From contig CAWHWQ010000002.1 in NCBI GenBank assembly GCA_963833095.1, positions 160,001-224,000 on the forward strand: a stretch of 64,000 nt of DNA, read 5' to 3'. The stretch is from Vulcanimicrobiota bacterium (lineage in GTDB: Bacteria > Vulcanimicrobiota > Vulcanimicrobiia > Vulcanimicrobiales > Vulcanimicrobiaceae). The position numbers were made by a program, and so were the translations under genes. Positions within the stretch are counted from its first letter, which is position 1. Each line of letters begins with the position of its first letter. Positions 19,543 to 28,676 of the stretch are shown one piece after another. A model generated the notes under the pieces. The model saw only the letters and a list, made by a program, of their open reading frames with translations. It had not been told where the DNA came from and ran no database searches.

Positions 19543-19938
19543 ATGGCCCGCACCTGTTGCTTGGCCGCCATTGCACCGGAAGACCTTCCCATGCTCACTG
19601 CCGCGTTGAACGCGGCTGTCGCCCATGCCGACGCGAGCATTGCCCAACTCGACGTCTCGGTTCTCCGAGCGCTCGCGCCCGACGTGCTCGTCATCGACAT
19701 CGATCGATTGGACGTGGATCCGATCGAAGCGATCCGTCAGCTCCGCTTCGTGCTGCCGGATTGCGTCATCGTCGTCTACACGAGCGGCACGAACTCCGAG
19801 GTGGTCCGCGCCTGCCATAACGCCGGCGCGAATTGTCTGCTTTCAAAAGCTTCGGACGAAGCACAACTTGCTGCCGGGCTCCGCCGTGCGATGTGGAGCG
19901 GCTGCTTTACCGACCCTCGATTCGTCTCATCATTTTAA
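19543..19938 (+). CDS. Stand-alone NarL-like receiver domain protein (atypical)
   Basis: PDVLVIDID, VVYTS, AGANCLLSK, ends FTDP; no output domain. Confidence 0.75.
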   Translation: MARTCCLAAIAPEDLPMLTAALNAAVAHADASIAQLDVSVLRALAPDVLVIDIDRLDVDPIEAIRQLRFVLPDCVIVVYTSGTNSEVVRACHNAGANCLLSKASDEAQLAAGLRRAMWSGCFTDPRFVSSF

Positions 19939-20208
19939 CGCATTAATCGCGCTCTGACCTACACGTAGCAAACCGCCACACGAACGGCGGCGGGTACTCG
20001 CTTCACGCGGCGCTCGCGTGCGCCGAGGTGTTTCAACGAGCGATCGGATTCGATGTAAACCTCGAGCGTATCGCAGAAGTCAATAAAGACTGCGACGCTG
20101 AGACGAAGCTCCACCGTCAATTCGTGCTGGTAGCAAATCTCGCAGGGTTTGGAGCGTGGCTCTTTCGCCACCCGGTCGGCGGCAACACGAAGCATCCCGG
20201 ACTGTTCG

Positions 20209-20976
20209 TCAAGGCTCGGCGTCCGGACTCAGACACGCGATGATCGTTTGGATCACACGCTTGGTGTCCTCGGGATCGCGGACGGCGATGCAGTCGACGC
20301 CCGCCTGTAACGCGGCGTAGTCGTTCCCTCCAGGGAAAATCGCATCGCCGACGTACAGCATTTGCTCGATCGGTACGTGGAGGACGTCGCGAAGCTTGTG
20401 AATCCCGTACGCCTTATCGATGCCGGGCCGCGTCACGTCGATCGACGTCGTGCCGCCGAGTCGCACCGAGAAGTTGGGCAACGTCCCATCGAGGATCGCC
20501 TGAATCGCCTTGCGTTTAGCGAAGCCGGGATCCCAGGTTTCCTTCGCCTCTAGCGGCGCTTGTTGACCCAGCGCCGAGTAGGTGATCTGCGTTCCCCGAT
20601 CTTCGATGCGTTCGCCCCACGTTTGCGCCGGTTGAAATCCCGCCTGCGCGACGGCTTTTTCGAGCTCTGCTTCAATGACGTGTCTTTCCGCGTCGCTTAA
20701 ATCTTCCGAATACAATTTACGCCACTGGCCGTCATAGCTGAAGAACTTCGTTCCGCTCGTCGGTAGGAGCGAAAGGTTTTTCAGCGCGCTGCCGGCCGGG
20801 AGACGATCGATCACTTGCGTTTGGAACTGTGGCAGGTCGCCGCCGGAAATGATGGCGACTTTTACCACCTTGAGCAGGCCGGCGAGTAGTCCCGTCATCT
20901 CATCATCGAGCGCTGATTTGCTCTTCGCCAGGGTGCCATCTAAATCGAACACGATCAGGTTCTTCATCGCGACCAC
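20209..20976 (-). CDS. HAD-IIB hydrolase, eukaryote-type phosphomannomutase
   Basis: FDLDGTL, AIISGG, EDRGTQIT, GGTTSIDV, DKAYG, GDAIFPGGND. Confidence 0.88.
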   Translation of the reverse strand: MVAMKNLIVFDLDGTLAKSKSALDDEMTGLLAGLLKVVKVAIISGGDLPQFQTQVIDRLPAGSALKNLSLLPTSGTKFFSYDGQWRKLYSEDLSDAERHVIEAELEKAVAQAGFQPAQTWGERIEDRGTQITYSALGQQAPLEAKETWDPGFAKRKAIQAILDGTLPNFSVRLGGTTSIDVTRPGIDKAYGIHKLRDVLHVPIEQMLYVGDAIFPGGNDYAALQAGVDCIAVRDPEDTKRVIQTIIACLSPDAEP

Positions 20977-20984
20977 CCTTCCAC

Positions 20985-21974
20985 TTAGGGTTGCATCGTC
21001 AGGAGTTCGAATGTCCCGGGCACGGCGCGGAATCGGTCGCGTGGCGAGGTCGCGTTCGGATTTTCGATCATCTTTGCCGTGACGAGAAAGACGTTGCCGG
21101 TTGAGGGATCGAGTTCCATCGTCCGCGCGCCGATCACCGTCGTGGCATTTTGAACGACGGCGAAGTGGTTGGGATCATCCTCGTGCACGACGGTCAGCGT
21201 TGCATCTCGTCCATTCGACGCAAATGCAAGACCGGTGTTCGCATCGAACCGGGTCGCGTCGGTGCCGGCGCCCGTCGGAAGCGTCGCGATCACGTTGCCG
21301 CTATCGGCGTCAACCACGCCCATCTGTCCCTGACACGCGGGGAAGAGACGCCGGTGCTGCCGATCCATCGAGAGCCCCGAGGGATGTTGGCAGGCGCCGA
21401 GCGCAAAACGCTTGACGATCGTTGCGCTGCGCGCATCGATCGCCACGATCTCACTCGTGCTTTCGATATTGTCGTAGACCATGCCGTGCCCGTCGACGGC
21501 AGGAAATTCCGGCCGTCCACCTAGCGGAATCGTCGCAACGACAGTGTCGGTTTGCGCATCGATCGCGGTTGCGTCGTTGCTGCCGCCGTTGAAGGTAAAG
21601 ACGCGCTTGGTCGCGGGGTCGTACGCGATGCCGTCGGGATTCTTGGCATCGGTGTGAATCGTCGTGAGGACCTTGAGCGACGCGAGATCGAACACGGTCA
21701 CCGTGCCGTCGCCGCCATTCGAGGTGAAGCCCCGGCCGAGATCAGCGGCGATTGCGATGCCGTGCACACCCGGGGTATTGCGAATGTCACCAACGACGCG
21801 ACCACTCGCAGAATCGACGACCATGACGTGGGTCGAGCGTGAAATGAACAGGTGCTTCGTCGACGGATCGATACTGAGGTAGTCCCAGCCGCCATCGCCG
21901 CCGAGCACGTGCGTGGCAGCCAGATGGTAATTCGCGAGAGCGGCGGCCACGAAAATGGCGGCAAGAAATCTCAT
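20985..21974 (-). CDS. YncE/YVTN-family beta-propeller secreted protein
   Basis: GGDGGWDYL, GVHGIA, GFTSNG, NPDGIAYDP, GARTMELD. Confidence 0.85.
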   Translation of the reverse strand: MRFLAAIFVAAALANYHLAATHVLGGDGGWDYLSIDPSTKHLFISRSTHVMVVDSASGRVVGDIRNTPGVHGIAIAADLGRGFTSNGGDGTVTVFDLASLKVLTTIHTDAKNPDGIAYDPATKRVFTFNGGSNDATAIDAQTDTVVATIPLGGRPEFPAVDGHGMVYDNIESTSEIVAIDARSATIVKRFALGACQHPSGLSMDRQHRRLFPACQGQMGVVDADSGNVIATLPTGAGTDATRFDANTGLAFASNGRDATLTVVHEDDPNHFAVVQNATTVIGARTMELDPSTGNVFLVTAKMIENPNATSPRDRFRAVPGTFELLTMQP

Positions 21975-22011
21975 GCCTGCCTATCGGCGCCGGGCCGCGC
22001 GGACTCCTCCG

Positions 22012-22206
22012 CTACTTCTTGTAGGTGTTCTCGATCCCAGGGTACGGCTTTTGGACGTAGCTATACTTCTCGCCGCAGACGCGGCAGATGTTTAGCGGAC
22101 TACCGAAATGCTCGTGCGGAGGATAGATTTTTGCCGCAGCGGGCGCGCGTTTCTTGACGACGCGAACGGGGACGAGGGCGGGCTCGGGAGCGGTTTTGGG
22201 CTCCAT
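22012..22206 (-). CDS. Small hypothetical protein with HxH and CxxC motifs
   Basis: MEPKT...PPHEHF..NICRVCGEKY; co-oriented with the downstream genes. Confidence 0.5.
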   Translation of the reverse strand: MEPKTAPEPALVPVRVVKKRAPAAAKIYPPHEHFGSPLNICRVCGEKYSYVQKPYPGIENTYKK

Positions 22207-22285
22207 CGATATATGTACGTTTCCGGCTCTCGAGCTGAGAGCTGCACGCATTCAGAATTGAAGACGCACTAGCGTTATTCGCGAT

Positions 22286-22314
22286 TTCACGAAAATCGGC
22301 CTCTGTGGTAGAGT
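22286..22314 (+). promoter_or_regulatory. Putative sigma70 promoter
   Basis: TTCACG-17 nt-TAGAGT with extended TGn, upstream of SD GAGGAG and ATG 22338. Confidence 0.5.
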
Positions 22315-22337
22315 TAATCCCCCAGAGGAGAGCCACG

Positions 22338-22955
22338 ATGACGCGTCCGCATGAAGATCTCCAGCATCATACCGCCGTCGATCACCGCCCCGGCGGCTCA
22401 CCACTTGCGTTAGCAAAAAACGTGTGGTGTGCGATCGATCTCGTCCACGTGAAGAGCGATCGCGTCAGTGCCGGAATCTCGGCCTACGAAACGCTGATCG
22501 AAGAAGCGAAAAAATCCGCGGCGAAAGTTGGGCGCGCTGCGATCCTACGAGCGGGCGACGATCGCAGGATCCTTGCGTTGATCGAAGTCGGCGGTCACGA
22601 TGCGTTCAAACACGTGCAATCGGCGTGGGACGACCATCATCTCCTCGCGGAGCATCGCACCGTTGCCGAATCCAGCAAGCTGACGCTCTACCAAGTGATC
22701 GCCATGACGGGTGACTGCGCACTCGACCCGCAATCGAAGGATGCTTACGCGGTCGAAGGCTTCCCCACGGGCCCTCAACACGTTGCGCAACTCATCGCCA
22801 CGCTGGCCCCGGCGCAGGGGTTTCTCGGCGCCCTCCTCTTTGGGACCGACGACGCGACGAAATCTCTCGTGATCTATCGCTTCGAACACGCAGCGCAAAT
22901 CGAGGGGCTGCGCGCAGCAGCGCAGCCCGTTCACCCGGTTAAGACATTCGCGTAG
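22338..22955 (+). CDS. Hypothetical protein, possibly two ABM-like domains
   Basis: SD GAGGAG; AQGFLGALLF..D..KSLVIYRFE resembles ABM. Confidence 0.6.
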   Translation: MTRPHEDLQHHTAVDHRPGGSPLALAKNVWCAIDLVHVKSDRVSAGISAYETLIEEAKKSAAKVGRAAILRAGDDRRILALIEVGGHDAFKHVQSAWDDHHLLAEHRTVAESSKLTLYQVIAMTGDCALDPQSKDAYAVEGFPTGPQHVAQLIATLAPAQGFLGALLFGTDDATKSLVIYRFEHAAQIEGLRAAAQPVHPVKTFA

Positions 22956-22956
22956 G

Positions 22957-23130
22957 TTAGGACTTTCGCGAAACCTTCTCGAGTGCCTCAATCGCGTAGC
23001 GCCGGCGGCGCGGACCACCTTCGGAGGCCTTGAGGAATTCGACTTCCACTTGCGCATCGGGATGGACGGCGGTAACCACCGCGACTTCGTCTTCGTCCTT
23101 CACGACCACATGATCGCCAACGTGAATCAT
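22957..23130 (-). CDS. 57-aa SH3/KOW-like protein (absent from the ORF track)
   Basis: Hand translation MIHVGDHVVVKDEDEVAVVTAVHPDAQVEVEFLKASEGGPRRRRYAIEALEKVSRKS; exactly fills the intergenic gap. Confidence 0.65.
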   Translation of the reverse strand: MIHVGDHVVVKDEDEVAVVTAVHPDAQVEVEFLKASEGGPRRRRYAIEALEKVSRKS

Positions 23131-23195
23131 TCCATCGGCATATGATAGGCGCTCGCCAGGTCCTTCATCGAAGATCCCGGACCAAGGAGGGGCCT

Positions 23196-25073
23196 ATGCG
23201 CGGGATGCTGTCGCAGATCCGGTTCCAGGCGATTGTCGTCGCTCTGGTTCCGATTGCGGTGCTCGCCGCGATGCTCGCCTATACGATCGCCACCCGCAAC
23301 TCGACGGGCGTTACGGCCTTTTGGGCCGACCACACGGAGCGGGTCATCGAAGCCAATGATACGCTGACGAATGCGCTGGCCGAAGAGAGCCGCACTGCCG
23401 CACTTCATCACGACATCGCTGGATTCGAACGCGCGAGGCGAGAAACGAGCCGGCGCGCGACCGCGTTGCTCGCGGCCGCAAACGCGACACCCGCCGAACG
23501 GCGCCAAGCCCAAATTTACGTCAGCACGGTACGTTCGGCCGATCGCGTTCTGGCTTCAGGAGCTACTCCGTCTCAACGATTGGCGGCGCAGCTCAACATT
23601 GCTAAGCGCGACGTCGACAAATCCCAACGCATTCTAGCGGTGACGGCGCTTCGCGCCGCCAGCGACTACCTCACGCGTTTTTCGACGATCATTCTTGTCA
23701 CGCTGCTCGGCGGCGTTGTGCTTTTCCTAATCCTCGCCGGAGGATTCGGCACACACGTCTGGCTGCGCGCCCGGCACTTGCGTAGTAACGCGCGGGCGCT
23801 ACGCGCCGGACGCGATCCCGATCCGCTTCCCGGCGGCGACGAACTCGCGGTCGCCGAACGCGAGTACCGCGGTTTGCTGGAACGGTTGCAGCAAGAGCAC
23901 AACAACGTCGCCGTCTTGCAGCAAGCTTTGCTCCCGCAAACCTTGCCTAGCGTGCCCGGCGTGCGGATCGACGCCTCGTACGCGCCGTCGACCGAAAACG
24001 CCGACGTGGGCGGCGACTGGTATGACGTCTTTACGCTTGGCGACGGCCGCTTGGGCGTCAGCGTCGGAGATGTCGCCGGACACGGACTGCAGGCATCGAG
24101 CATGATGGCGCAGATTCGGCAATCCGTGCGCATGGCCGCCCGGTTGTACGATCAGCCGGTCAGCGTGCTCCAAGCCGTCAATCGCGCGCTCTATGAAGAC
24201 GGCGGACTGCTCGCCACGCTCTTCTACGGCGAGCTCTCGCTCAATACCGGATTGCTGGTGTATGCTTCGGCGGGTCATCCGCTTCCGATTACCGTTCAAG
24301 CGCGCGGCGTTGTCGAGCAGATTCCGGGCGGCGGTCTCATTATGGGTGCGCAGCGCAACGTCGAGTATCGACAATATTCGCTCACGCTCGACGCGGGATC
24401 GGCCATCGTGCTCTTCACCGACGGCTTGGTCGAGAGCGGAACGCGAACGGAATACGACTACGACGCCGGGATACAACGCTTAATCGACGTCGTGAACCGC
24501 CAGTATTACAGCGCGACCGAAAACATCGCGCAAGCAATTCAGCGTGACGTGCTCGAAGGACGCCCGCAGCTCGACGATGCCGCAGTACTGTTCATCGGCG
24601 TCACCGACGTCGGCTTCGCGCGTGGAAACGCGACAAAAACCTGGGCAATCGACGCGCGCAGCGCGTCTGCGGCTCGGCGCGCGAAGCGCGCATTTCTCTG
24701 GCGTTTGGGTGAATTTGCGCCCGACGGCACCGATCTCTCCGCGCCTGAGCTCATCTTCGGCGAACTGGTGGGCAACGTTGCGCGTCACACGCCGGGAATG
24801 GCGGAGATCACGCTCGAGGTCGACGATAACGTCGCACTGTTGCACGTTCGCGACGAAGGGCCGCCGATCGTGCATGCGGTGTCGCGTCCGGAAGATTTGG
24901 CCGAGGGCGGTCGCGGCTTATTGCTCGTGGAGAGCATGGCCCGCGATCTCACGATCGGTCGCACGGCCAACGGCAATCATGTGACGGTGGTGTTGCCCAT
25001 CACGCTTAACCGGCGTGAAGCCGGGCCGCGTGCGCCGGCGCGACCGTTGCGCCAGCGCACGCTTCCAGCATAG
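23196..25073 (+). CDS. Membrane sensor: CHASE3-like region, SpoIIE/RsbU PP2C phosphatase and C-terminal RsbW-like HATPase_c
   Basis: SD AAGGAGG; 2 TM helices; LQQALLP, VGGDWYD, GDVAGHG, SAGHP, FTDGLVE, DDAAVL; ELVGNVARH, VRDEG, EGGRGL. Confidence 0.9.
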   Translation: MRGMLSQIRFQAIVVALVPIAVLAAMLAYTIATRNSTGVTAFWADHTERVIEANDTLTNALAEESRTAALHHDIAGFERARRETSRRATALLAAANATPAERRQAQIYVSTVRSADRVLASGATPSQRLAAQLNIAKRDVDKSQRILAVTALRAASDYLTRFSTIILVTLLGGVVLFLILAGGFGTHVWLRARHLRSNARALRAGRDPDPLPGGDELAVAEREYRGLLERLQQEHNNVAVLQQALLPQTLPSVPGVRIDASYAPSTENADVGGDWYDVFTLGDGRLGVSVGDVAGHGLQASSMMAQIRQSVRMAARLYDQPVSVLQAVNRALYEDGGLLATLFYGELSLNTGLLVYASAGHPLPITVQARGVVEQIPGGGLIMGAQRNVEYRQYSLTLDAGSAIVLFTDGLVESGTRTEYDYDAGIQRLIDVVNRQYYSATENIAQAIQRDVLEGRPQLDDAAVLFIGVTDVGFARGNATKTWAIDARSASAARRAKRAFLWRLGEFAPDGTDLSAPELIFGELVGNVARHTPGMAEITLEVDDNVALLHVRDEGPPIVHAVSRPEDLAEGGRGLLLVESMARDLTIGRTANGNHVTVVLPITLNRREAGPRAPARPLRQRTLPA

Positions 25074-25082
25074 ACCGATAGG

Positions 25083-25738
25083 TTAGGCGCCGAGTTTGAT
25101 GACGCGCGATCGGCTTGGTGGTCGGTTGCTGCGAGCCGCCCGCCGGCTCCACACTGATCGCGGTTGCCGCGGTGTTTGCTGCGTTCGCGGGGATCGTCAC
25201 CAGGGCGCTGCCGTGCTCGTCCGGGGTAAACGTGACCGACGGCGTCACTGTTTTCGCGCCTTTTGCCAGCGTCCACATCTGATACACCTTGCCTACCGGT
25301 AGCGCGGGCAAGCCATGCAGCACGATGAAGAGCCGGTCGGGCGCAACCAGCACGTCGCCTTGCGCGAACGCAACGCGGCGCGCGGCCGAGAGATCCGCGA
25401 TCGTCGCATGCTGTTGCTCGACGACCAGACCAAGGCCCGCAGCGAGCAGCAAACAAGCCGCAGCCAGTGCATACGGCAGGGCATACGATGAGCGCTTCGA
25501 GCGCGATCCTTGCGCCCCGAACCTCCTTCATAATACGCATCTTGAGCAATGGGCTTGGAACCGCTTCGCTTTCGCCCGCAATTCCGACCGCACTTACGAC
25601 TGGGCGCAATGCGTCGTACTCGGCGCAGCACTCGTCGCACGTGCGCATGTGTGCCGCGACTGCGCGCGCTTCCCCAGCGTCCAGCGTCCCGAGCGCGAAG
25701 GCAGCGACGTTGTCGAGCATCTCGTCGTGCGCATTCAT
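25083..25738 (-). CDS. RskA-like zinc anti-sigma factor (frameshifted in this sequence)
   Basis: AFALGTL..HMRTCDEC (zf-HC2) in one frame; LPALP.GKVYQMW...AISVEPAGGSQQPT in another; shifts near 25490 and 25105. Confidence 0.8.
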
Positions 25739-26269
25739 ACTGCAACCACTCCGTCGAGGGCGGCGCGCAACTTGCGCAGCGCGGCGCGGATGCGCGTCTT
25801 GACCGTGCCAAGCGGGGTGTCCGTACGCCGTGCCAACTCTTGATGCGTCAGCCCACCAAAGAAGCCGAGCGTAATGAGCATGCGTTCGGATTCGGAGAGC
25901 TGCCCGAGCGCGCGGCGAACGCTCTCGCCGTTGAGGTGCGCAAACGCCGTATCTTCAAGCGCATCTTGCTCGGGCATCGATTCGGGCAGCTCGACCTGCG
26001 GGTGTGCCGCTCGCGCGCGCATGAGATCGAGCGCTCGATTACGCGTCACGCGCACGAGCCAACCAGAGAAATTTCCCTCGCGAAACGATTCGGGTGCGCT
26101 CCACAACTTGAGGAACACGGCTCTGCGTCACGTCTTCCGCGCTCCCGGGATCGTTGAGCACCCGCAGAGCCACGCCATAGACGAGCCGGTGATAGGCATC
26201 GTAGAGCGCTTCAAAGGCGTCGGAATCGCGGGCGCGCACACGCTCCATGAGCTCGCTTGCGTTGACCAC
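25735..26269 (-). CDS. ECF sigma factor, SigK-like (frameshifted near 26120)
   Basis: DAFEALYD..VYGVALRVL...AEDVTQ continues in another frame as VFLKLW...RNRALD...LTHQELA..PLGTVKTRIR. Confidence 0.88.
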
Positions 26270-26315
26270 AAAGCCGTTTCTTCGCCACCGTTCATCGTCA
26301 TAACCCTTTAGTAAG

Positions 26316-26489
26316 ATGAACGTGGACGACGGCGTTATGGATTCATGGTTACTGCTGCGGCGGCCACTGAAGCATGCGGTAGACGCGGGCGAGCGATCGC
26401 AGGCTGCGTATCTCGGAATGCTCGAATTCCGCGACCGTGGCTTCGAGGTCGTCCTGGCGCGCTTTAGCGCGGACGTCGTGCACGATTGA
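26316..26489 (+). CDS. Possible 57-aa hypothetical protein
   Basis: Hand-translated ORF MNVDDGVMDSW...SADVVHD in the gap; no recognisable motif or SD. Confidence 0.25.
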   Translation: MNVDDGVMDSWLLLRRPLKHAVDAGERSQAAYLGMLEFRDRGFEVVLARFSADVVHD

Positions 26490-26616
26490 GGCGGCTTGGG
26501 AAAGAATCTCTGAGTGGTCCATGGGGTCCCATATACCCTTATTTTGCGTTTTTGGGTACCTTTAGAGGACAATCGGCAGCCTAGGGCCCGCATGTTAGGA
26601 ACGGTGTGATACCGAT

Positions 26617-27219
26617 ATGTCGCTTTGGGAACAGCTTCTGGTTATCGCCGCCTTCGGCCAGGTGATCGTCATCGGCGTCGGCGCGATTTTCGCGTATCTG
26701 CAAATTGGTGGTTTGCGCCGGCAGCAGGAAGCTCAGCTGATCCGCGAGATTTTCGCCACGTTTAACGAGCCGGGGTTTGCCGGCGCGCTCGACTTCGTCT
26801 ATAACGGTCTCTCGAAAAGGCTGACCGAACCGGCCTACGTCGAGCAGATCGCCCAAGGCCGCGCCACGGTCGAAACGCACCGCGAATTGATCGTGCTGCA
26901 TTTTTTCAACGAACTTGGCCTGCTGGTGCACGAGAAGATGGTCGGCGAGCGGCCGATCGTGTTCATCGTTGCCTCACCAGCCATGCGTGCGTGGGAGCAG
27001 CTCGCTCCCGTCATCGAATTGATGCGCCGCCACTTTCCCCACGCGTATACGCCGTATGAGTCGCTGGTCGTTCGTGCGCGCGCGATCGATCTTTCGACGA
27101 TCAACGCGCGATTTATGGCCGAGACGCCCCAGCTGCGCGAGCAGTGGGAAAGCACCGCGCGCGACCTCGCGGACGCTAGCGACCGTTCTGCGTCAGCAAG
27201 TAGTCCACAATCGCGCTGA
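26617..27219 (+). CDS. DUF4760-like membrane-anchored protein
   Basis: N-terminal TM ending AYLQI; LHFFNELGLLV..M, WEQL.P.I...R, Y..YE.L pattern. Confidence 0.7.
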   Translation: MSLWEQLLVIAAFGQVIVIGVGAIFAYLQIGGLRRQQEAQLIREIFATFNEPGFAGALDFVYNGLSKRLTEPAYVEQIAQGRATVETHRELIVLHFFNELGLLVHEKMVGERPIVFIVASPAMRAWEQLAPVIELMRRHFPHAYTPYESLVVRARAIDLSTINARFMAETPQLREQWESTARDLADASDRSASASSPQSR

Positions 27220-27481
27220 CGTTGCTGTCGGCGACCGGCGCACCGTAGGCCTTCTGCATTTTGACCACTTCGGCGGTCCATTGCTTGCGATTGAGCGGCG
27301 GTTGCGTGTAGACGTACGCCGCGGAGTGGCAGGTCCGGCAGTTCGCGGTCGCGAGGTCAGCGCCCGGTCCCGGTTTGAATTCCACGTTGTCGCTCGGCAG
27401 GGTGATCGTCACGGTCGATGCGGCTGCGCCGAGGATCAGCACCGCACTAGCGAGAGCAGCGATACGAATGACGTCCCTCAT
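27176..27481 (-). CDS. sorB: Monoheme cytochrome c, SorB-like
   Basis: Signal peptide; PGPG..L...NCRTCHS..Y..QPP...W.AEVVKMQKAYGAP. Confidence 0.88.
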   Translation of the reverse strand: MRDVIRIAALASAVLILGAAASTVTITLPSDNVEFKPGPGADLATANCRTCHSAAYVYTQPPLNRKQWTAEVVKMQKAYGAPVADSNVSAIVDYLLTQNGR

Positions 27482-28659
27482 GCTACACGCACCTCGTACG
27501 TCTCGATGACATTGCGCAGGTAGCCGCCCGGATTCCAGACCGGCACCGTCGTCTGCGTCACGCCGTTATTGGCCGTCGCGCGGCAGGCGAGCACGTACGA
27601 GGCACCGCGCTTGGCCGTGAAGCCGATCTCCCACGGCCGGAACGAATAGTTGCCAAGGTCGGCTCCAAGCTTTGCTTTGCGCCACGTTACGCCGCCGTCC
27701 AACGAGAACTCGACGGCTTTGATTCCTTTCCCACTATCAAAGGCGATCCCGCGAATCGTTTGCGGGCCGGCCTGCAGTGTTTGTCCGCTCGTGACGCTAG
27801 TGATGAACGATCGCACCGTCATCTTGTTGATCGGGATCGTCGGATAGCCGGTATCGGTTGGGGCGACGGTGTTGCCGGGCGTGTTGGGAATCCGGTACGC
27901 CGTTTTCATCCAAAAGTTGTCGTCGATCGTATCGATCGCCTCAAGCTCGCTAAGCATCTTCATCCAATACGTCGCGTACCACCCCGGCACGACGAGCCGT
28001 ACCGGATAACCGTTGAGCAGCGGCAGCGGCTGACCGTTCATCTCGTAGGCGATAATCATGTTTTCGTCGATGTCATCGATGGAAAGTGCTTTGACGAACG
28101 GCGGCGTTGTCGGAAGCACCGGCTGTTCGAGCCCGCGAAAACGAATCTGCACCGCGCTATCCTTGAGCCCTGCCGCCGCGAGAACGTCGACCAACCGCGC
28201 ACCGGTCCAGCGCGCATTGCCCATCGCGCCGTTGTCCCATTGACCGCCGGGAACGCGCGGCGAAAATAGTCCGCGGCTATTTCCCGAACACTGGTTGACC
28301 GCCACGATCTCCACCCGATCGAATCGAGCGCGTAGATCCTCAACGCTCAGGCTCATCGGCCGCTTTACCGAACCGTGCACCTTGATCCGATGCGTCGCGC
28401 CATCGACAGTCGTTGGAATTCCGGCGAGATGCCAGCGCACGTAAAACGCATCGTTGGGCGTGAGGATGCTTTCGTTAAAGACCGCGAACGGGGTTTCGAG
28501 CTGAGGCGGCCGCGGCGTCAAAACGATCAGCGAACGCTTCTGGGGATACGCCACCAGCGGGCGCGTGCCGTTTTGGAAGGGGAGCGTCACCGTCGCCGTC
28601 GCGGATGCCGCGCCGGCTGAGGCCATTCCAACGAGAAAGTCGAGGCGAGCTAACGTCAT
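27478..28659 (-). CDS. sorA: Sulfite oxidase family molybdoenzyme, SorA-like
   Basis: RPPQLETP, FYVRWH, NQCSGNSR, GAMGNARWTG, NGYPVRLVVPGWYATYWMK; coupled to sorB. Confidence 0.9.
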   Translation of the reverse strand: MTLARLDFLVGMASAGAASATATVTLPFQNGTRPLVAYPQKRSLIVLTPRPPQLETPFAVFNESILTPNDAFYVRWHLAGIPTTVDGATHRIKVHGSVKRPMSLSVEDLRARFDRVEIVAVNQCSGNSRGLFSPRVPGGQWDNGAMGNARWTGARLVDVLAAAGLKDSAVQIRFRGLEQPVLPTTPPFVKALSIDDIDENMIIAYEMNGQPLPLLNGYPVRLVVPGWYATYWMKMLSELEAIDTIDDNFWMKTAYRIPNTPGNTVAPTDTGYPTIPINKMTVRSFITSVTSGQTLQAGPQTIRGIAFDSGKGIKAVEFSLDGGVTWRKAKLGADLGNYSFRPWEIGFTAKRGASYVLACRATANNGVTQTTVPVWNPGGYLRNVIETYEVRVA

Positions 28660-28676
28660 GGCGCAACCTCCGTTTC

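Noticed and set aside
19959..20243. Short ORFs on both strands (one with CxxC)
   Set aside because: No SD, no recognisable family, and the two ORFs conflict; neither can be supported.
26521..26560. Palindromic patches (ATGGGGTCCCAT; TACCC..GGGTA) as a third copy of the LuxR box or a SigB promoter
   Set aside because: Does not fit the AYCGGG-N5-CACTAT spacing and lacks a GTTT -35 element.
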